Shown one piece after another: positions 9,058 through 17,756 of a stretch of DNA of 64,000 nt. The DNA is from Myxococcota bacterium (GTDB lineage: Bacteria; Myxococcota_A; Polyangia; Polyangiales; Sandaracinaceae), in contig JAYZQJ010000143.1 of NCBI GenBank assembly GCA_036149055.1, forward strand, positions 24,046 to 88,045. Direction: 5' to 3'. Numbering within the stretch: the first letter of the stretch is position 1; the number at the start of each line of letters is the position of its first letter. The notes below the pieces were generated by a model. The model saw only the letters and a list, made by a program, of their open reading frames with translations, had not been told where the DNA came from and searched no databases. The position numbers and the translations under genes are program-made.

Positions 9058-9884
9058 GGGGTGCGCACGTAGTCGACGAGCGCGGAGCCGCGCGAGCGGT
9101 TGTCCACGTTGGGGGCGCCGCGGCCGGCCGCGTGGTCGTCGAGCCAGACCACCCGGAAGTCGAGGCTGTAGCGGGTGGTCCCGCGGCTCTGCGGCCGGGT
9201 CGCGTGGAACTGCGCGCCGCTGAAGCGGAGGTTGTCGCCGCGGCGACACGCGAAGCCGACCGCGGGGCCCGGATCCGGGTCGCCGATCACCCCGGGGTAG
9301 CGCGCCTTCAGGCCGTGGTCGCGGTGCTGCCAGCCGATCTTGAGGTCCCAGCCCTCGCGCACCCAGTCGCCGTACTCGAAGATCTCGGACTCGTTCGGCA
9401 CCGCCGCCGCGAAGCGCTCCGGGTAGAAGACGAAGGTCTCCTCCTCCGGCAGGTCGTGGAGCGGGATCCACCAGGTGATCACCGCCTGCGAGTGCGCGTA
9501 CCAGGTGTCGCGATGCGCCAGGTAGACCGCCTTGGCCCGCGGGTTCTCGTGCCCCCGGTGCGACACGACCCGCAGCCGGATCGGATCGAAGGCGGCGCGC
9601 GCCGGATCCACCCCGCACGCCGCGATCACCTCCCGGACGATCTCGTGCCAGCGCGGTTCGAGGAACAGCGTCCGGCGCACCCGGCCGATCCGCGCGAAGA
9701 GCGTCTCCGGGGAGAGCGCCTCGTGCGCCCTCCGCACGTCGTCCACTCCGAGCTCCGAGGCGAGCAGCGCCTCCGCCTCGGCGGCCGCGCGGCGCGAGGC
9801 CTCGGTGGGCTCGGTCAGGAGCACCGCGCCGTCGTAGAGCGCGGCCCGCGCCGCGTCCCAGCCGGGATCCTCGCGCCGGATCAC
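9054..9884 (-). CDS. Putative 2-oxoglutarate/Fe(II)-dependent oxygenase (PhyH/StrG-like)
   Basis: HxD motif (AHRDTWY), WWIPL, distal His (QFHAT), RYSLDFR; GTG at 9884 overlaps the methyltransferase stop. Confidence 0.65.
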   Translation of the reverse strand: MIRREDPGWDAARAALYDGAVLLTEPTEASRRAAAEAEALLASELGVDDVRRAHEALSPETLFARIGRVRRTLFLEPRWHEIVREVIAACGVDPARAAFDPIRLRVVSHRGHENPRAKAVYLAHRDTWYAHSQAVITWWIPLHDLPEEETFVFYPERFAAAVPNESEIFEYGDWVREGWDLKIGWQHRDHGLKARYPGVIGDPDPGPAVGFACRRGDNLRFSGAQFHATRPQSRGTTRYSLDFRVVWLDDHAAGRGAPNVDNRSRGSALVDYVRTP

Positions 9885-10627
9885 GCCGGCCTCCGCGCGA
9901 GCGCGATGCACCGCGGGCTGTCCACGCCGAGCGGCTCGCCGTCGGTGCTGCCGAGCAGCGTGACCTCCTCGAAGCCGGCCTCGCGCAGCAGCTTCACGAT
10001 CGTGTGCGGCATCAGCAGCCGCACCGCGCTCTCGTGCCGCACCCGCTCGCCGTCGGGCAGGAAGTAGGTCCACGTCTTGCGCATCATGCCGGCGCCGAGG
10101 TCGAGCCGGGTCTCGCGCACCAGGGTCACCTCGCCCCGTGGCGTCTCGCGTCTCGTGACGACCCCGGGCTGGAAGCCGCGGAGCACCCCGGGCAGGTTCA
10201 TCGTGTCGAGCGCGAAGCGGCCGCCCGGGCGCAGGCTCTCGAAGGCCCGCTCGAGCATGCGCGCGCTGTCGACGTCGTCGGCGGAGTAGCCGAAGCTCGT
10301 CCACCAGTTGAACGCCGCGTCGCAGGGCGGATCGGCGACGAAGGCCCGCGCGTCCCCCGCGTGGAGCGCGACCTCGAGGCCGGCCTCGCGCGCCCGGGCC
10401 CGCCCGCGCTCGACGTAGGCCGCCGCCTGATCGACCCCGACGATGTCGCAGCCCCGCGCGGCGAGCGGGATCGCCAGGCTGCCGACGCCGCAGCACTGGT
10501 CGAACACCCGCGCCCCGGCCTCGAGGTCGAGGTGCGCCATCAGGAACCCCACCTCGCGCGCGTCGTCCTCGCGCTCGAGGAGCACGTCCGCGAGCAGCTC
10601 GTCGTAGAGGCCTTCCCACCAGCTCAT
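9881..10627 (-). CDS. Class I SAM-dependent methyltransferase
   Basis: VFDQCCGVG motif I, GVD, GDAR, FNWWTSFGY, LRPGGRFAL. Confidence 0.9.
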   Translation of the reverse strand: MSWWEGLYDELLADVLLEREDDAREVGFLMAHLDLEAGARVFDQCCGVGSLAIPLAARGCDIVGVDQAAAYVERGRARAREAGLEVALHAGDARAFVADPPCDAAFNWWTSFGYSADDVDSARMLERAFESLRPGGRFALDTMNLPGVLRGFQPGVVTRRETPRGEVTLVRETRLDLGAGMMRKTWTYFLPDGERVRHESAVRLLMPHTIVKLLREAGFEEVTLLGSTDGEPLGVDSPRCIALARRPA

Positions 10628-12438
10628 CGTGCGTCTCCCAACCCGAAGCGGCGCTGCAGGAGCGTCGCGGTCAGCGCCAGCATCAGCGCCGGCTCGTGGG
10701 CCGCGCGCTCCGAGGTCGGCCGCGCCGCCTGCGCCTCGAGGGCCGCGCGCACGCGACCGCGGTCGAGGAACGACGGCAGCGCGTCCCACATCGCCTCGTC
10801 TTCGATCAGCGGCGGCGCGAGGAACGGGTGCTTGCGGCGCGTCACCACCTCCTCGGGGAGCCGCCCGCGCATCACCGCCCGCAGCGCGTGCTTCTCGACG
10901 CCGTCGCGGATCTTGTCCTCGAGCGGGAGCCGGAGCGCGACCTCGAACACGCGATGATCCAGAAACGGCGTGCGCCCCTCGATCGACGCCGCCATCTCGG
11001 TCCCGTCCCCCAGCGTGCGCAGGATGTAGCCGGCGAGCGCGAGCTGGGTCCACGTCCAGGCGGCGCGCTCCGGCGGCGCGTCCGTGGGCTCACCCGCGTC
11101 GAGCTCCTCCGCCAGCCCGGCCCAGGTCTCGCCCGGCTCGATCGGGAGCTCCGGCGACAGCAGCGCGCGGAAGCGCCCGGCCAGCAGCGCCTTCGCCTCC
11201 AGCCAGCTCGGGACGAAGCCCAGCGCGGCGCGCAGCTCCGGCAGCGCGGGCGCCGGCGCGTCCGGCATCATCACGCCCCGGTAGCGCGCGCTCTCTCGCT
11301 CGTGCCGCGCGCTCGCCTCCGCGTCCCCGGCCAGCGCGTCGCGCACCAAGTGGGGGTAGCCGAGCAGCGCCTCGTCGGCGCCCTCTCCGGTGAGCACTGC
11401 CTTCGCGCCCGCCTCCCGGATCGCGCGGGCGAGCAGCAGCTTCGCCGGGAGCTGCCCGTTGATCGCGAGCCCCTCCGAGAACCACACGGCGTCCGGCAGC
11501 GCCTCGCGCATGGCCTCCGGGCGCGCGTCCACCACCGTGTGCGTCGCCCCCAGCCGCTCGGCCACCGCCCGGGCGTGCGCCGACTCGTCCCAGCCCTCGC
11601 CGTCGAAGCGCACGCCGAAGGTGCGCGGCGCCTCGCCCCCCGCGAGCGCGACCACCGACGAGGAGTCGAGCCCCCCGCTCAGCGCGAACGCGACCGGCAC
11701 CGTCGCCCGCGCGCGCAGCCGCGCGGCCTCGGTCAGGGCCTCCGCGAGCTCCTCCGGCGTGCTCGGGGCGCGGTCGCGATCCCGCGGGTCCCAGTAGCGC
11801 CGCAGCGTCACGCGCTCGCCCTCCACCAGCAGCAGGTGCGCCGGCGGCACCGCGCGCACCCCGTGGAACATCGTGCGCGACGGGGGCAAGTACTGATGCG
11901 TCGCCACGTGCGCGAGCGACCGGGCGTCCCAGCGCGCCGGCACGCCCATCGCGAACAGCGCCTTGGCCTCCGACGCGACGAGCACCCGCCCCTCGTGCCG
12001 GGCCCACACCAGCGGCTTCACCCCGAAGCGATCCCGCGCCGCGACCAGCCGGCGCCGTCCGGCGTCCCAGAGCGCCATCGCCAGCTCACCCCGCAGCCGC
12101 TCGACGAACGCGTCGCCGTGGACGCGGTAGAGGTGCAGCGCCAGCTCCGAGTCGCTCGAGGTCCGGAAGCGGTGTCCGCGCGCCTCCAGCCCCGCGCGCG
12201 CCTCCTCGTGGCCGTAGAGCTCTCCGTTCACGCTCACCGCGAGGTCGCCGTCCACGATCGGCTGGGCCGCGTCGTCGCCGCCCACGATCGCGAGCCGCGC
12301 GTGCGCCAGCCCCGCGCCGCCCGCCGGGTCGAGCCAGACCGCGTCGCCGTCGGGACCCCGGTGACGCAGCGCCGCGACGCCGGCGCGCAGCCGCCGCGCG
12401 TCGAGGCCCGGGCCGACCACCGCGACCACCCCGCACAT
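10624..12438 (-). CDS. asnB: Asparagine synthase (glutamine-hydrolysing) family amidotransferase
   Basis: N-terminal MCG (Ntn Cys), HRGPD, NGELY, ARDRFGVKPL, SGGLDSS, TGEGADE, EGRTPFLDH. Confidence 0.93.
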   Translation of the reverse strand: MCGVVAVVGPGLDARRLRAGVAALRHRGPDGDAVWLDPAGGAGLAHARLAIVGGDDAAQPIVDGDLAVSVNGELYGHEEARAGLEARGHRFRTSSDSELALHLYRVHGDAFVERLRGELAMALWDAGRRRLVAARDRFGVKPLVWARHEGRVLVASEAKALFAMGVPARWDARSLAHVATHQYLPPSRTMFHGVRAVPPAHLLLVEGERVTLRRYWDPRDRDRAPSTPEELAEALTEAARLRARATVPVAFALSGGLDSSSVVALAGGEAPRTFGVRFDGEGWDESAHARAVAERLGATHTVVDARPEAMREALPDAVWFSEGLAINGQLPAKLLLARAIREAGAKAVLTGEGADEALLGYPHLVRDALAGDAEASARHERESARYRGVMMPDAPAPALPELRAALGFVPSWLEAKALLAGRFRALLSPELPIEPGETWAGLAEELDAGEPTDAPPERAAWTWTQLALAGYILRTLGDGTEMAASIEGRTPFLDHRVFEVALRLPLEDKIRDGVEKHALRAVMRGRLPEEVVTRRKHPFLAPPLIEDEAMWDALPSFLDRGRVRAALEAQAARPTSERAAHEPALMLALTATLLQRRFGLGDAR

Positions 12439-13319
12439 CAGCCCGCGCCCTCCAGCGCCCGCGCCCAGATCTCCTCGGCCGCGCTCGCCGGGGTCAGGAA
12501 CGTCTTCACGTCCTCGCGAGAGCCGAACGCGCGGTCGTACTCGGCGAGCGGCAGCACCGGCCCGAGCAGGTCGTCGACCAGCGACGGACGCTCCTCGAGC
12601 CGCGCGATCGCGTCGTCCATCGGCGCGTAGCGTGCCGTCGCGATCCGGATCTCCCGCTGCACCGCCGCCGCGACGTCGAACGGCACCGGCGCGTACGGGC
12701 GGCTCTTCAACACCAGCGTGCCTCCCGGCCGGAGCGCCGCGATCGCGCGCGTCAGCGTCTCGGCGGTGGCCCGGGTCTCGATCACGAAGTCGAGGTCCGC
12801 GTCCCCCTCGTCGAGCGCCCCGACGTCCGAGAAGCCGGCCTGCGCGAGCACCCGCCGGGTCAGGGTCGCGATCCGCCCGCCGCCGAGGATCCGGCCGCGC
12901 CCGTTCGCCGGCAGCCCGATCCCGAGCACCGCCATCGACGCGGCCATCGGCTCCGCGTACGCGGCGTGCCGCATCGAGAGCCCTCGGGCCCGATGCAGCG
13001 CGCGGCCGGGCACGACGAGCTCCTCCGCGAACGCGCCGTCGCGATCGACCCCGAGGAACACGTCGCGCTCGAGGGCCGGCATCACGCAGACCGCCTCGCC
13101 CGGCGACCACGCCTCCGCCCGGCTCTCCCGGACCACGCCGCAGACCTCGTGCCCGAGCACCCGCGGCTCGTCGACCGGGATGCGACCCTCGGCGACGTAC
13201 ACGTCGGTGCGGCAGACCCCGACGCACACGACCTCGAGCCGGACGTCGCCCGCGCCCACCGTCGGCCGCGCGCCCTCGCCCAGCCGCACCCCGCCCCGCT
13301 CGCGCCGCAGTCCACGCAT
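12438..13319 (-). CDS. Zinc-binding (MDR) alcohol dehydrogenase-like protein
   Basis: GVCRTD and GHE catalytic-Zn motifs, DGAFAEE, AYAEP, GGGRIA; no structural-Zn Cys cluster. Confidence 0.85.
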   Translation of the reverse strand: MRGLRRERGGVRLGEGARPTVGAGDVRLEVVCVGVCRTDVYVAEGRIPVDEPRVLGHEVCGVVRESRAEAWSPGEAVCVMPALERDVFLGVDRDGAFAEELVVPGRALHRARGLSMRHAAYAEPMAASMAVLGIGLPANGRGRILGGGRIATLTRRVLAQAGFSDVGALDEGDADLDFVIETRATAETLTRAIAALRPGGTLVLKSRPYAPVPFDVAAAVQREIRIATARYAPMDDAIARLEERPSLVDDLLGPVLPLAEYDRAFGSREDVKTFLTPASAAEEIWARALEGAG

Positions 13320-13399
13320 GGCCCTCACTTTAGTGTCTGGGCGACACAAATCAATCCCCGACTTGCGTCTCGCGCCGGGGGCCCCACGCCCCCGAGCAC

Positions 13400-14209
13400 A
13401 TGCCGCGCTACCACGGTCACCAGCTCCATGTCTCCGTCGCCGGCCCCGAAGACGGACCGGTCGCGGTCTTCATCCATTCCTCCGGCCTGAGCGGGCGGCA
13501 GTGGAACCGGTACGCCGAGGCGTTCGTGGCCGCGGGCTACCGGGTCCTGGTCCCCGACCTCATCGGGCAGGGCGAGTCCGAGCCCTGGCGCGCCGAGATG
13601 CCGTTCCACTTCCACGCCGACCTCCGCGCCATGGAGGAGCTCGTGTCGGAGGTGGCTGGCCCGGTGACCCTCGTCGGCCACTCCTACGGCGGCCTGCTGA
13701 GCCTCCAGCTCGCGGCGGCGCTACCCCCCGATCGCCTGCGCGCGCTCGTGGTCTACGAGCCGGTCACCTGGGGCGTGCTCCACGCGGAGGACGAGCGCGC
13801 GCTCGCGAGCTTCCGCGAGGACGGCTTCTTCGACGACGCGCTCGGCGGCACCGAGGAGTGGACGCGGCGCTTCGTCGACTACTGGAGCGGCGAGGGCGCC
13901 TACGACGCGCTGCACGAGGCGGCCCGCGCGCAGATGAACCGGAGCGCGCGCAAGACGTTCGAGGAGGTCCGCAGCCTCTGCTACGACTGGACCCCGGCGC
14001 GTCACTACGAGGGCATCGTCTGCCCCACCCTCGTGATGCACGGCACCCGCTCTCCCGCGGAGGCGCAGCGCATCTGCGCCCTCGTCGCCGCCGCCCTGCC
14101 CGCCGCGACCCTCCGCCCGATCGAAGGCGCCGGTCACCTCGGCGCCGTCCAGCTGGCCTCCACCCTCGCCCCTCTCGTCCTCGAGTGGGCGCAGCAGACA
14201 GACCTGTGA
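13400..14209 (+). CDS. Alpha/beta fold hydrolase
   Basis: GHSYGG nucleophile elbow, PDLIGQGES, GAGH catalytic His. Confidence 0.9.
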   Translation: MPRYHGHQLHVSVAGPEDGPVAVFIHSSGLSGRQWNRYAEAFVAAGYRVLVPDLIGQGESEPWRAEMPFHFHADLRAMEELVSEVAGPVTLVGHSYGGLLSLQLAAALPPDRLRALVVYEPVTWGVLHAEDERALASFREDGFFDDALGGTEEWTRRFVDYWSGEGAYDALHEAARAQMNRSARKTFEEVRSLCYDWTPARHYEGIVCPTLVMHGTRSPAEAQRICALVAAALPAATLRPIEGAGHLGAVQLASTLAPLVLEWAQQTDL

Positions 14210-14231
14210 GAAGCCTCCAGGCTTCGAGTGG

Positions 14232-15156
14232 CTCTCGCGAAGCCGCCAAGCCGCAAAGGGAGGTGCGGGCGGCGGGGTCGTGACTCGCCGGGTCGGGGCT
14301 GACTGCGGCGGTCTCGTCGACAGCTTTTTTCTCTCGCAGAGGCGCAGAGTCGCAGAGGGGCGGCGGGGTGGCGGCTCGCCGGGTCGGGGTGGGCGGGGAC
14401 GGGTTTGGCGACAGCCTTTTTGTCTCACGCAAAGGCGCAAAGACGCAAAGAGCGAGCGGGGCGGCGAGATGGTGGTTCGCCGGGGCTCGGCGGGTCGTCG
14501 CGGTCTCGCCGACAGCTTTTTGTTTCTCGCAGAGGCGCAGAGTCGCAGAGGGGCGGCGGGGTGGCGGCTCGCCGGGTCGGGGTGGGCTGGCACGGCTTTG
14601 GCGACAGCTTTTTTTGTCTCACGCAAAGACGCAAAGACGCAAAGAGCGAGCGGGGCGGCGAGATGGTGGTCCGCCGGGGCTCGGTGGGTCGTCGCGGTCT
14701 CGTCGACTGCTTTTTGTCTCTCGCAGAGGCGCAGAGTCGCAGAGGGGCGGCGGGGTGGCGGCTCGCCGGGTCGGGGCGGGCTGGCACGGCTTCGGCGACA
14801 GTTTTTTGTCTCACGCAGAGGCGCAGAGTCGCAGAGGGGCGGCGGGATGGCGGCTCGCCTGCCAGTACCCAGCCGCCGGGCGCGGTGGCGTTCCAGGTGG
14901 CTGGCGGCGGTCACGTCACGACCCGGCACGACCTGGCCACCTCCCATCCCGCGGCCCCCAACGCCTCTGCGCCTCTGCGTCTCTGCGAGAAATTAATTGT
15001 CTCCCAGTCGTCAACGATCGGAGGAGCGGCACAATCGTGCCGGCGGTGTGGGCGCTGGCCGTCGGGGACCCGGCGGCCGGGCGCCACGGCGTGCCAGGCG
15101 GCTGGGAGCGCTGAGGCGCTCAGCGGGGACTTGGCGGCTTTGCGCCTTGGCGAGAG
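14232..15156. repeat. REP/BIME-like array 1 of triple-octamer units (CGCAGAGN)x3 and (CGCAAAGN)x3
   Basis: Forward triads at about 14332, 14425, 14526, 14619, 14720 and 14811 (~193-nt two-unit period with repeated linkers); inverted triad at 14965-14990; degenerate inverted terminal copies at 14232-14259 and 15130-15156. Confidence 0.88.
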
Positions 15157-15157
15157 C

Positions 15158-15229
15158 CCTTCGTCGAAGCGTCTCCGACGAAGACGAAGCGGAGCGGCTC
15201 AGCCTTCGTCGAAGCGTCTCCGACGAAGG
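15158..15229. terminator. Duplicated hairpin, possible terminator of the globin gene
   Basis: CCTTCGTCGAAGCGTCTCCGACGAAG occurs twice (15158-15183 and 15203-15228) with stem CTTCGTCG/CGACGAAG, directly beyond the globin stop; no U-tract. Confidence 0.45.
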
Positions 15230-15230
15230 G

Positions 15231-15599
15231 TCAGCGGCACTCGGAGCCGGCGTCCTTGGTGATCAGGGGGCGCAGGGTCTCGAGGTGGGCCATCCAGCGC
15301 TCGCGGATGGCCTCGGAGACGCCGTGCTCGCGGAGGGTGTCGTCGAGGATCTTCTTCCGCCGCTCGAAGTGGCCGCCCATGATGCGGTGCGGCGCGTGGG
15401 CCTTGTCGAGGGGGCGGCCGCCGTAGGTCACCGGGCCTCCGAGGTGCTCGGCGGCGTGTTGCAGCTCCATCTCCTTGATGCGCTCGCGGCTCGCGCTGCG
15501 GAAGAAGAAGCCGATCATCAGGTCGTCGAACATGCGGTCGACGAACGCGTCGATGACCGCGCGCAGCCGCTCCTCGCCGATCTCGTCGTAGTCCGACAC
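15231..15599 (-). CDS. Group I truncated haemoglobin (2/2 globin)
   Basis: IGEERLRAVIDAFVDRMFDDLMIGFFF, LGGPVTYGGRPLDKAH (proximal His); GTG start at 15599 inferred. Confidence 0.85.
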   Translation of the reverse strand: MSDYDEIGEERLRAVIDAFVDRMFDDLMIGFFFRSASRERIKEMELQHAAEHLGGPVTYGGRPLDKAHAPHRIMGGHFERRKKILDDTLREHGVSEAIRERWMAHLETLRPLITKDAGSECR

Positions 15600-15678
15600 G
15601 CCCGGAACGTAGGACGGGCCCTCCGTGGGGCAAACCCCCTTTGTGGAGGGGCGCGGGGATCCGGTAGGGTGCCTGGCC

Positions 15679-16479
15679 GTGAGTCGTCGCACCCCGATGT
15701 TCGGGCTCAGCGCCCTCTGCGCCGTCGCCGCCCTCGCCGGGCCGGTCCGCGCGGACCAGGCGGAGCAGACCGAGACCGAGGCGCTCCCGGTGGTGGAGCT
15801 CGCCGGGCGAGTGCCCGAGCGCTGGCTGACCGACGCCACCGACGACTTCCCGCTCACCCCCGCCCGGTGGCGCCGTCGCATGCCCCCCGAGTGCCGGACC
15901 CGCGGCGGCTACCGCGATCACTGCCAGGGCCCGCGCCTGGTCCCCGAGCCCCACGGCGCGGCCGCCGAGCGGGCGCGTCGGCTCGCCCTCGGGCAGCGCG
16001 CCACCGCGCTCGTGGTCATGCACCAGCGGCCGTTCGACGAGTGGATGCAGGCGGTCGAGTCGCTCGACGCCGACGGCTCGCTCACCTTCCCGGTGCCGGT
16101 GGGCCGGCTCGGCCGCGGCTTCGGCCGCACCCGCACCGGATCGCTGCGCCACCGCCGACACTTCGGGGTCGACATCGGCGCGGACGAGGGCAGCGAGATC
16201 GTCGCCTCGCGCGACGGGCTCGTCATGTACAGCGACAACGAGCTGACCGGCTACGGCAACGTCGTCATCCTCCTCCACCGTGAGGGCTTCTCCACCTTCT
16301 ACGCCCACTGCCGCCGCATCCACGTCTTCGCCGGCCAGTGGGTCCGCCGGGGCCAGCCCATCGCCGAGGTCGGCATGACCGGCTTCGCCCGGGCGCCCCA
16401 CCTCCACTTCGAGTGGCGTCAGCGCGGCTGGCCCCGCGACCCGACGTCGCGCTTCCGTTCCCGAATCACGGGCGAGTGA
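15679..16479 (+). CDS. M23 family metallopeptidase
   Basis: HFGVD (HxxxD), GYGNVVIL, YAH, PHLHFE; start codon uncertain (15679 or 15697). Confidence 0.88.
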   Translation: MSRRTPMFGLSALCAVAALAGPVRADQAEQTETEALPVVELAGRVPERWLTDATDDFPLTPARWRRRMPPECRTRGGYRDHCQGPRLVPEPHGAAAERARRLALGQRATALVVMHQRPFDEWMQAVESLDADGSLTFPVPVGRLGRGFGRTRTGSLRHRRHFGVDIGADEGSEIVASRDGLVMYSDNELTGYGNVVILLHREGFSTFYAHCRRIHVFAGQWVRRGQPIAEVGMTGFARAPHLHFEWRQRGWPRDPTSRFRSRITGE

Positions 16480-16489
16480 AGGTGCTACC

Positions 16490-17572
16490 GTGCCCCGCGT
16501 GACCGAAGGCCTGCCTCTGACCGTGGGTCCCTACGAGCCGGTCGCCGAGCTCGCGATCGGCGGCATGGCGCGGGTGCTCGTCGCCAAGCAGACCGGGCTC
16601 GCCGGCTTCGAGCGCCAGGTGGCGCTGAAGCTCATGCGCCCGGAGCTGGCCGACGACGACGACTACGCGACCATGTTCCTCGACGAGGCGCGCATCGCCT
16701 CGCGCATCCAGCACCCGAACGTCGTCACCATCCTCGACGTCGGCCGCGACGACCGCACCCAGATCCTCTACATGGCGATGGAGCTGGTGCTCGGCGCGAC
16801 GGTGTCGCAGATGCTGCGGCTCCGGCGTCCGATCCCCACGAACGTGGTGCTGGAGCTCATCGCGCAGTCCGCCGACGGGCTCGACGCCGCCCACCGCGCG
16901 ACCACCGCGAGCGGCGCCCCGCTCGAGCTGGTGCACCGCGACGTGTCGCCGGCGAACCTGCTGGTCGGCTTCGACGGCGTGGTGCGGGTGTCGGACTTCG
17001 GCATCGCCCGCGCGGCCGAGCGCATGACCAAGACCACCGCCGGCCAGTTCAAGGGCAAGCTCGAGTACTGCGCCCCGGAGCAGGCCCTCGGTCACGCGGT
17101 CGACCGCCGCACCGATCTCTTCGGCCTCGGCATCGTCGCCTGGGAGCTCTTCGCCGGGGACCGGCTCTTCGCGGGCCCGACCCCGTTCAAGACGCTCGAC
17201 GCGGTGCTGCACCTCGAGATCCCGCCCGTCACCCGCATGCGCGAGGGCATCCCGGAGGAGGCGGCGAAGATGATCCACGCGCTCCTCCAGCGCGACGTCT
17301 CCAGCCGCCCGAGCCGCGCCGCGAAGGTGGCGGAGGTGCTCCGCCGGGCGGCCGCGAGCGCGGGCCTCGAGCCGCCCCACCAGGCGCTCCGGGACTGGGC
17401 GCGGCGGGCGGCGAGCGAGATGGCGCTGCGCCTCGCCGGGCTGCCGACCGACGACATGGACACCCTCGACGAGGCGCTCGACGAGGAGCGCCAGACCCTG
17501 GTCTCCGAGCCGCCTCCGGGCATGAGCGACGAGCCCGAGACGAGGGTCGGCCGACGCCAGACCAAGGGTTGA
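16490..17572 (+). CDS. Ser/Thr protein kinase
   Basis: GGMARV, VALK, HRDVSPAN, DFG, GKLEYCAPE. Confidence 0.93.
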   Translation: MPRVTEGLPLTVGPYEPVAELAIGGMARVLVAKQTGLAGFERQVALKLMRPELADDDDYATMFLDEARIASRIQHPNVVTILDVGRDDRTQILYMAMELVLGATVSQMLRLRRPIPTNVVLELIAQSADGLDAAHRATTASGAPLELVHRDVSPANLLVGFDGVVRVSDFGIARAAERMTKTTAGQFKGKLEYCAPEQALGHAVDRRTDLFGLGIVAWELFAGDRLFAGPTPFKTLDAVLHLEIPPVTRMREGIPEEAAKMIHALLQRDVSSRPSRAAKVAEVLRRAAASAGLEPPHQALRDWARRAASEMALRLAGLPTDDMDTLDEALDEERQTLVSEPPPGMSDEPETRVGRRQTKG

Positions 17573-17756
17573 GCGGCGCGCCGGGTCCGAGCGGGGTGGG
17601 GATCTCCAGGGCCGCCGCCGCGTACCAAGACGGAGCGGGAAACATTTTCCCGTCTCGCCCGTCAGAAGCGGGCGGGGGCATGGGAGGCGCGATCAATCAG
17701 TCGGTCACGATCCGGCGGCACGTGGGCACGTTCTCGGTGGAGAACGTGAGGCGCCC

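Noticed and set aside
10624..12438. Lasso peptide cyclase
   Set aside because: It retains the glutaminase Cys (MCG), and no B1/B2 proteins or precursor peptide are visible
14232..15156. CRISPR array
   Set aside because: The linkers are near-identical repeats rather than unique spacers, units occur in both orientations, and there are no cas genes in the window
13721..15262. Several 130-410 aa ORFs over array 1 (SQRRRVAE / LCASA peptides)
   Set aside because: They are translations of the repeats in multiple frames, with no RBS or coupling and atypical codon usage
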